Below the pieces are notes generated by a model. The model was not told where the DNA came from. It saw only the letters and a program-made list of their open reading frames with translations, and made no database searches. The position numbers were made by a program, and so were the translations under genes. From an uncultured Erysipelotrichaceae bacterium (GTDB lineage: Bacteria; Bacillota_I; Bacilli_A; RF39; UBA660): a stretch of DNA of 57,357 nt. Positions 50,467 through 57,357 of this stretch are shown here, one piece after another. The stretch spans positions 1-57,357 of the forward strand of contig CACYFN010000008.1 in the NCBI GenBank assembly GCA_902773675.1, read 5' to 3'. The first letter of the stretch is position 1, and every line of letters begins with the position of its first letter.

Positions 50467-50583
50467 ATTTGCTCCTTTACAATAATTATTATACTAGAAA
50501 ATAAAAAAAAAGTATAGATTAAATTATGTTATTGATGTTATTTAAAATTTATTATATAATTGTATAAATAGAGTAAGGAGGAG

Positions 50584-51015
50584 ATGAAGAAAAAATTATT
50601 ACTGGTAGCTATTTTGTTGTTAATAGTAACAGGATGTGGTAAAGAGGTGAATAAATTGGAAAATAATAATATAAATAATTCAGTGGTACAAAATTATGAA
50701 AATGTAAATTGGGGTACAATTGAACCTATTAAGTTTATGAGTAATGGAATGGAGCTTACTATTAATTTTTATGGAACATATAGTTATGTAACTAAATCTA
50801 ATTTAACAGAAGACGAAGTTAGAAATACTTTTGTTAATGGGCTTAATGGTTACATTAATAGTTTAAGTGATATTGATTATTATAATATAACATCATCTAT
50901 TGATAAAAATGAATTATTATCAAATGTTAATAATAATAATTATATTATATTTTCAGATGTTACTATAACTGGCAAATTGACTCAAGAATCATTGGAAAAG
51001 ATTAATAGTTATTAG
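50584..51015 (+). CDS. Hypothetical lipoprotein
   Basis: MKKKLLLVAILLLIVTGC lipobox. Confidence 0.75.
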   Translation: MKKKLLLVAILLLIVTGCGKEVNKLENNNINNSVVQNYENVNWGTIEPIKFMSNGMELTINFYGTYSYVTKSNLTEDEVRNTFVNGLNGYINSLSDIDYYNITSSIDKNELLSNVNNNNYIIFSDVTITGKLTQESLEKINSY

Positions 51016-51034
51016 ATAAAAAGGAGTGTATTGT

Positions 51035-52396
51035 ATGGAAGAAGAAGTAAAAAAAGAAGAAGTAAAAGAAATTAAAAAATCTTCTAAGAAAGAAGAATTA
51101 AAAAAAGATATGGAAAAAGAAGAAGTTGTAGAAGAAATCTCAGATACTAAAGAAAATATTGAATCTGAGACAAATGAAGATGTTAGTGTTTCTAATGTAG
51201 AAGTAAAAAATAAAAAAAAGAAGGGTAAAGCTAAAAAGATTATAATAATAATTATTTTATTACTGGCTATTATTATTTTTATATGGTGGTGGTTTAATAG
51301 AAAGTTTGATTTTACTTTTAAATATAATAATGGAGAAGAAAACTATACTGTTAAAGTTAAATTTTTAAATAAAGTTAAAGATGAAGATATTAAAAGAGAT
51401 ATTACGTTAGCTAATCATACTTTTATAGATTATTTCGAAACATATTATTTAGATGGAAAAAGTATTGAAAAAATAAAGGGAAATCCAGGTTTAGAGAGTT
51501 CTATAAATGATGATAAGAATAAATGTATAGCTATTAATCCTTATGATTTTAAAAAGAAGAGAATTACTAAGGATACTACTGTTGAAGCTTTTTGGAGTGG
51601 AATAATTTTTTATATTGATCCAACTGTTAAGGAAATATATGTAGGGGAATCATTTAATATATCTGTTACACTTTCTGGAACTAGTGATACTAAAGTTAAT
51701 TGGTTAAGTGAAAACGAAGATATTGCAACTGTTGATGAATCTGGACATGTTATTGGTAAAAAAGAAGGAAAAACAACTATAGTAGTTGAAAGTAATGGTA
51801 TTAAGAAAACTTGTGATGTTACTGTTATTACAAAAGAACAACCTAAGCAAGAAAAAAAACCTGTAGAAAAGCCAGTAGAACAACCAAAAGAAGAGGTAAA
51901 AGATAATGGTACTATAAGTTTAAGTGCTAATGATCAATGTATTATTGGAAGAGATTCTGTTACTGTTACTGCTAATGTTAGTAATGCTTTGGATGATACT
52001 ATTAATTGGAGTAGTTTAAAATGTTTTGATATTAATAAAGTATCAAATAATCAAGTTACTATATCACGTACTAGTCGAGGTACAATGTGTAGGGAAATAG
52101 AAGAATTGAATCCTACTATTATTGCTACATTAAATAATGGTAATTCTGATTCAAAAACATTTAATTATGAATTTACACTTGGAGTTACTGTTTATGATGG
52201 TAATAAGGAAATACAACCTAATGCTAGTGGTATATATAAAGGAAATAATATTAAAATAGTTACAAATCAATCTGCTATTTTTTCGGCTGTTAGTACATTT
52301 GATGATACAAATACGATTATTGGATCAACAGATAATTCAGTTAGTTTAAAAGATTATTCACGATCAAAAGTTGTTATTCGTACAACTTGTGGTTAG
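51035..52396 (+). CDS. Single-pass membrane protein with bacterial Ig-like (Big_2) domain
   Basis: Charged N-terminus, TM helix, VNWLSENEDIATVDESGHVIGKKEGKTTIVV. Confidence 0.8.
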   Translation: MEEEVKKEEVKEIKKSSKKEELKKDMEKEEVVEEISDTKENIESETNEDVSVSNVEVKNKKKKGKAKKIIIIIILLLAIIIFIWWWFNRKFDFTFKYNNGEENYTVKVKFLNKVKDEDIKRDITLANHTFIDYFETYYLDGKSIEKIKGNPGLESSINDDKNKCIAINPYDFKKKRITKDTTVEAFWSGIIFYIDPTVKEIYVGESFNISVTLSGTSDTKVNWLSENEDIATVDESGHVIGKKEGKTTIVVESNGIKKTCDVTVITKEQPKQEKKPVEKPVEQPKEEVKDNGTISLSANDQCIIGRDSVTVTANVSNALDDTINWSSLKCFDINKVSNNQVTISRTSRGTMCREIEELNPTIIATLNNGNSDSKTFNYEFTLGVTVYDGNKEIQPNASGIYKGNNIKIVTNQSAIFSAVSTFDDTNTIIGSTDNSVSLKDYSRSKVVIRTTCG

Positions 52397-52441
52397 TTTA
52401 AAATTATTTATACAGAAGAAGCAATTAATTAGGAGTGTGTT

Positions 52442-53503
52442 ATGAAAAAATATTTATTAAGTTTAATTATTTTATTATTAATTATTACGGGATGTGATAA
52501 AAGTAATAATAAGATTACAAATGTAGTTAAGAAAAAAGATGAAGTTAAGATAGTTCAAAGTGAAAATAAAAAAATTGAATATGAAGATTATGATAATGGA
52601 CTTGTTAATTTAAAGATACCTAAAGGATGGAAAGTAGATGTTGCACCTACAGATTATATTCATTATTCATTTAAGGTTTATAATCCTAATAATCCTAATT
52701 ATGTATTCTTATTTGGCTTAAAGCAAGAAGGATTTTTAAAGAGTGAAAAGGCTAGAAGTACATATGCTAAATTATATCCTGATGCAATGTTTTCTAAGTT
52801 AGCTCCAATTGATCCTCAAACTACGGAAGCATTTTATAAAGTATGGAATGATAATGTTAAACTAAGTAATGAAACAGAACTAAAACAAGAATATTTTCCT
52901 TATTTAAATGAATTTACTGTTCTTGATAATTTAGGTAAGTCAGATCTTGGTGGTGATATTTTAAGAGCTACTTTTAAAGATAATAGTGGTAATTTAAATC
53001 AAGGTTTATTTACTGCTACTGTTATGTCTACTGGTTCTTATTATATAAATACTGATATATTTAATTTATTTAGTGAAAAAGTAGATGTATGGCCATTAAA
53101 TGTGTATAATATTATTTTTATGGCTGCACCAGATTCTGAATTTATTAATTATGAGGAAGTTTTAGATTACTGTATTAGTACTATTACTTTTAGTGATAAG
53201 TTTATGAGTGGATTTAATACTGAGGAGCAAACATTAGTATCTACTATTAAGGCTAATCAACAAGTATATGATTCTATTTCTGATATGATTATGGATTCAT
53301 GGGAGAAACGTAATAATTCTTATGATATTATAAGTCAAAAACAAAGTGATGCTACTTTAGGATATGAAAGAGTATACGATACTGAAACAGGTGATATTTA
53401 TAAGGCTTATAATGGATTTACTGATGATTATCATGGAGATAGATATCAAACTATAACAGATGATATGTATACTCAATCTATTAGTGGATATATAGAAAAA
53501 TAA
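52442..53503 (+). CDS. Hypothetical lipoprotein
   Basis: ITGC lipobox; KIPKGWKV; C-terminal SDATLGYERVYDTETG. Confidence 0.75.
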   Translation: MKKYLLSLIILLLIITGCDKSNNKITNVVKKKDEVKIVQSENKKIEYEDYDNGLVNLKIPKGWKVDVAPTDYIHYSFKVYNPNNPNYVFLFGLKQEGFLKSEKARSTYAKLYPDAMFSKLAPIDPQTTEAFYKVWNDNVKLSNETELKQEYFPYLNEFTVLDNLGKSDLGGDILRATFKDNSGNLNQGLFTATVMSTGSYYINTDIFNLFSEKVDVWPLNVYNIIFMAAPDSEFINYEEVLDYCISTITFSDKFMSGFNTEEQTLVSTIKANQQVYDSISDMIMDSWEKRNNSYDIISQKQSDATLGYERVYDTETGDIYKAYNGFTDDYHGDRYQTITDDMYTQSISGYIEK

Positions 53504-53511
53504 ATACCTTT

Positions 53512-54837
53512 TTAGGTATTTTTTTCTATGGTTACTCCTTGATAAAAATATTTAATTATACTTTCATAATTATATCCATTATTAGCCATTCCATTTGCTC
53601 CATATTGACTAACTCCAACTCCATGACCATATCCATATGTTATAAATTCTAATCCAGAATCAGTTATAAATATATCAAAATCTGCTGATCTCAAATTAAG
53701 TATATTTCTAAGTTCTATACCTGTATAAGTTAAATTATTAATACTTATTGATATTATTCTATGACTATTATTTCTAAGAATATTATATATTTCTACATTA
53801 TTATCTATATTCATATTTAGTTTGTTATTTAGTTCTTCATATGAGATTATTGTACTTTTTTGATAATTTCTGGTATTTATATCATAACTACATTCAACAC
53901 TTTTTAAATATGGTATATTATATCCCCATACTTCATGAGCGTCTTCAGTAAATCCATTACTATTTGCAAAATAAACAGCATCCACTAGATCATTATTATA
54001 AGTAATAATCATTCCTTCTGTACTATTAACTGCTTCTTTAATTTTATTGTAGTACTTATTAAAATCAGTTCCCCATTTATTATGCATTTCTTCATTATCA
54101 ATATATACTTGTGTATCTACTGTATCAGTAAGTATTTTATTTCTACTAATTGATTTTAATGCATATGTTCTAGCTATTATAGCTTGTACTTTTAAGGCTT
54201 CAATATTAAAAGATGCTGGCATTTCTCCAGCTACTACTCCTATTAAGTATTCTTCTAATTCTATATTTAATATTTCACCGCTTTTTTTATATATAGTAAC
54301 TACTTTTTTATTGTCTTCTATATTATCTATTTCACTAGTTACATTTTCTTCTTGTGTTATTTCATTATTATTGTTATTTTGTTGATTTATATTATCATTT
54401 ATGATATTTGTATTAGTATCTGTTTCAATGATATTATCTATATTTTTTGATATTTTATTAGTATTTGTTTCAATGATATTATCAGTATTGTTTAATAATT
54501 CATTATTAATATTTGTATTTGTATTTATAATGTAGTTATCAAATCCGTTAAAATCATTTAATATTAATGTTTGAACATATTTATTATTATTTATATTATT
54601 ATAATTAGTGTTTTTATTAATACTTATGTTATTTAGTAAAATGGTACCTATTATAATACCACTAGCTATTAATATTATTTTATGTCCTTTAAAATTTAAA
54701 TATTTATTATTTAATATTTTTTTTAGTTCTTTTAAAAAATATTTTTTATTTAATCCTGCAAATTCGTAGTTATAGTTTAAGTAGATATATAATACTTGTT
54801 CATTATTTTCATGTTTAATATTATAGTTTTCAATCAT
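53512..54837 (-). CDS. spoIID: Stage II sporulation protein D (SpoIID/LytB domain)
   Basis: LEEYLIGVVAGEMPASF.IEALKVQAIIARTY, QVY, PYLKSV, LRSADF, GYGHGVGVSQYGA..MA. Confidence 0.88.
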   Translation of the reverse strand: MIENYNIKHENNEQVLYIYLNYNYEFAGLNKKYFLKELKKILNNKYLNFKGHKIILIASGIIIGTILLNNISINKNTNYNNINNNKYVQTLILNDFNGFDNYIINTNTNINNELLNNTDNIIETNTNKISKNIDNIIETDTNTNIINDNINQQNNNNNEITQEENVTSEIDNIEDNKKVVTIYKKSGEILNIELEEYLIGVVAGEMPASFNIEALKVQAIIARTYALKSISRNKILTDTVDTQVYIDNEEMHNKWGTDFNKYYNKIKEAVNSTEGMIITYNNDLVDAVYFANSNGFTEDAHEVWGYNIPYLKSVECSYDINTRNYQKSTIISYEELNNKLNMNIDNNVEIYNILRNNSHRIISISINNLTYTGIELRNILNLRSADFDIFITDSGLEFITYGYGHGVGVSQYGANGMANNGYNYESIIKYFYQGVTIEKNT

Positions 54838-54972
54838 AGAATCACCATTAATATATTTAACTAGTATTTACTTTATATGTATAAAAATGTAAATAAATTA
54901 AAAAAATAATAATTTTTTATTCACTTATTTTATTTATATTGTATAATTAATAAAAATAAGGAGGATTAGTGT

Positions 54973-57357
54973 ATGAAGAAATTTTTTAGTTTTATTATAT
55001 TATTATTTACTATTTTTGTCGGTTTAGATGTTGTTAAGGCAGATGGTAATATTGAGATAACTGATGTTTCGTTAATAGATAAATCAAATGATACTATTTT
55101 TAATGTTTCTAGTTTTGAAGGCTTAAATTTAAATATTAATGCTACTATTTATAATGTTAATGATTTTTTTAAGTATAAAATTACATTAAAAAATAATACT
55201 GATGAAAATTTGGTAATTGAAGATATTACTGATAATAATGAAATTGAATTTATTAATAATTCATATTCTTTTTCTCAATCTGACTTTAAGGTTGGAGAGA
55301 GTGTTGAAGTAGTAGTAACTACTAAATATGTTAAAGAGATTACTAGATATAAAGAAAATTATAATAATAATTTAATTATTATTATTAATTATACTAATGG
55401 AGAAAGTACTACTATAGTTAATGATAATAATCAAGTAACGGATAATTCAGATAAATTAAATGATTCTGATGATTTAAAATTAGATAAGAAAGATAGTTTG
55501 AATAATTCTAATAATCCTAAGACATTAGATGATGTTTTTAATTATATTATTATTTTTACTATTTGCTTGGTTTTATTAATTATTCTTGTTGTAAAGAATA
55601 AAAAGATAAGATATATTTGTTTATTTTTTGTATTATTTTTATCTATTTATAATATTAAAGCTATAGATGTTACTATTAAAGTAAATAATAATCTAAATTT
55701 GGAATTATATGGTTCAAAATATAATTTGGTTGAGAAAATTTTGAGCAAGAAAAATGATTCAGAAGTTAATTATAATAATGGTAATAAGAAAGAAGTATTT
55801 ACTTTTAATCATGCTAAAACAGATCAAACTGAAGCACTTACTGATTATAGATATATTGGAAAAGATAATAATAATTATGTTTATTTTAATTGTTCTGATG
55901 AATTAGATCCTAGTACGTGTGAAATATGGAAAATAATAGGGGTATTTAGTGTTGATGATGGAAATGGTGTATTTGAACAAAGAGCCAAAATTGTTAGATT
56001 AAATGCATTTAATGATTATATGCCATGGAATACTGGAGAAACTAATGATTGGGCTACTGCAAGCTTAAATAAATTTTTAAATGGTGATTATTATAATAGA
56101 AGTGGTGATGCTTCTGATTATGGATTAAAAGAATCGGCACGTGAAATGATTGATGATGCAGTTTTCTATTTAGGTGGTACTAAGCTTGATTATGATACAA
56201 CAACATTAGGAAGTGTTGAAGAAATGTATGCTTGGGAGAGAGGTAATAAAGTATATACTAAAGAATCATACTGTGAGCATTCTTCTGCATATATTTGTTA
56301 TCCATCATATTGTAATAGCGATTCTTATAAAACATTGTGTAATTATTATAATGCAGCTAAAAATTCAATAGGAAAAGTAGGATTATTGTATCCAAGTGAT
56401 GCTTTTATGATTTATGGTAAAGGTGTTAATGATGAATGTTTTGATAATCCTTATGGATGTTTTAAGGATGGATATAATAATTCAATTTTAAATGATGAAT
56501 GGTTAAGAGATGGTTTTTTTATAAGTCCTCTCACTAATCGTCCTGATGAGGTTTTTTATGGTAATTACAGTTATTTAAATTATACTTATTCATATATGTA
56601 TTGTGCATATGGACCAGGATGTTCAGAAGTTAGGAAAAGAGTTTATCCAACAGTTTATTTAAAACCTGATGTATTTACTATAGGTGGTACAGGTAGTTTA
56701 GATAATCCATATCAACTTTTATATGGTGATGAATATGTTTCTTCAAATTATGTTTATTTTGAAAAACCTAATGAATGGGCTAATCCTTATGCATATTTAA
56801 CTGGTGATTATGAAAATAATTGGCCTGGTATTAAATTAAGTCAAGTTACTGGTAATATTTATTCATTTAGAATAAAAAATAGTATGATTCCTGAAGAAAA
56901 AAATATAGATGAACTAAATTTACAAATTCAATTTAATAATGGAGGAAGTACATATAATTCTGATAGTAAATATAAATATAAATTAAGTAAAGTTAACTTT
57001 GATGGGGTTAATAAAGTTTATAAAGTTACAGAAGGAAGTACTACTACAGATGAACAATCTATTGGTTTTTGGTATGATTATGAAAATAAAGAAGTATTAG
57101 GTAGAATTTACTTTAATGTACCTTCTACTTGGAATTATCCACATGCTTACCTTTATAGAAATAGCGATAACTTAGAACCATTTGGTAATTGGCCAGGAAT
57201 TGAACTTACAAAATATAAAGATAATACATATTATTTTGAAGTAACTAGTGATATGATAGATGATGATATAACTAATTATAGTGTTGTATTTAATAATGGA
57301 GGAAGTTATTATAATCAAAGTGATGCATCAAAGAAATATAAGTTAAGTGATGTAGAA
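54973..57357 (+). CDS. Large secreted/membrane protein (runs off window): DUF6273-like domain + tandem CBM26-like starch-binding modules
   Basis: Not in ORF track; aggagg RBS, ATG 54973, 795 open codons to the window end; signal peptide, internal NPKTLD + two TM helices, DYRYIG..NNYVYFN..W.IIG..VGLLYPSD..VYPTVYLK, two YF..P..W..P.AYL..NWPG..L..FNNGG modules. Confidence 0.8.
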   Translation, partial: MKKFFSFIILLFTIFVGLDVVKADGNIEITDVSLIDKSNDTIFNVSSFEGLNLNINATIYNVNDFFKYKITLKNNTDENLVIEDITDNNEIEFINNSYSFSQSDFKVGESVEVVVTTKYVKEITRYKENYNNNLIIIINYTNGESTTIVNDNNQVTDNSDKLNDSDDLKLDKKDSLNNSNNPKTLDDVFNYIIIFTICLVLLIILVVKNKKIRYICLFFVLFLSIYNIKAIDVTIKVNNNLNLELYGSKYNLVEKILSKKNDSEVNYNNGNKKEVFTFNHAKTDQTEALTDYRYIGKDNNNYVYFNCSDELDPSTCEIWKIIGVFSVDDGNGVFEQRAKIVRLNAFNDYMPWNTGETNDWATASLNKFLNGDYYNRSGDASDYGLKESAREMIDDAVFYLGGTKLDYDTTTLGSVEEMYAWERGNKVYTKESYCEHSSAYICYPSYCNSDSYKTLCNYYNAAKNSIGKVGLLYPSDAFMIYGKGVNDECFDNPYGCFKDGYNNSILNDEWLRDGFFISPLTNRPDEVFYGNYSYLNYTYSYMYCAYGPGCSEVRKRVYPTVYLKPDVFTIGGTGSLDNPYQLLYGDEYVSSNYVYFEKPNEWANPYAYLTGDYENNWPGIKLSQVTGNIYSFRIKNSMIPEEKNIDELNLQIQFNNGGSTYNSDSKYKYKLSKVNFDGVNKVYKVTEGSTTTDEQSIGFWYDYENKEVLGRIYFNVPSTWNYPHAYLYRNSDNLEPFGNWPGIELTKYKDNTYYFEVTSDMIDDDITNYSVVFNNGGSYYNQSDASKKYKLSDVE

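Noticed and set aside
10100-52430. In-frame stops (dinD, rhuM fragment, 29744, possibly 52394) as evidence of stop-codon reassignment
   Set aside because: TAA, TAG and TGA all end conserved genes normally and housekeeping genes are uninterrupted; ordinary nonsense mutations suffice.
1-57357. tRNA, rRNA, SRP RNA or riboswitch genes
   Set aside because: No GC-rich structured stretch or tRNA T-loop signature recognised in intergenic regions; a covariance-model scan would be needed to exclude them.

Overview
Very AT-rich chromosomal segment of a Bacilli-class bacterium using the standard genetic code. The gene style (NPKT/VENT-tailed surface proteins, sigH-like sigma factor, spoIID, ezrA) suggests an uncultured gut RF39-type lineage; that placement is inference. 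The right two-thirds is mostly housekeeping (rbgA/ylqF, mrnC, rlmB, sigH-like, ezrA, pgi, topA, yceD-rpmF, rnj on the minus strand, ffh, priA, aquaporin, Zn/Mn-binding lipoprotein, spoIID) interleaved with surface proteins. The region ~6.4-22.5 kb is accessory. Its main feature is an integron-like tandem array of 7 (possibly 8) small cassettes stacked directly upstream of rbgA. Each junction is a copy of the 5' end of rbgA (consensus MNENKTNINW) that diverges at the same base (AAYTGGT|) into a ~170-230 bp leader with cassette-specific paired boxes and an RBS, followed by 1-2 cargo genes. No recombinase is visible in the window. A second oddity is a run of back-to-back palindromes after rhuM that echoes palindromes embedded in rhuM/dinD coding sequence. 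No rRNA, tRNA or CRISPR array was recognised.
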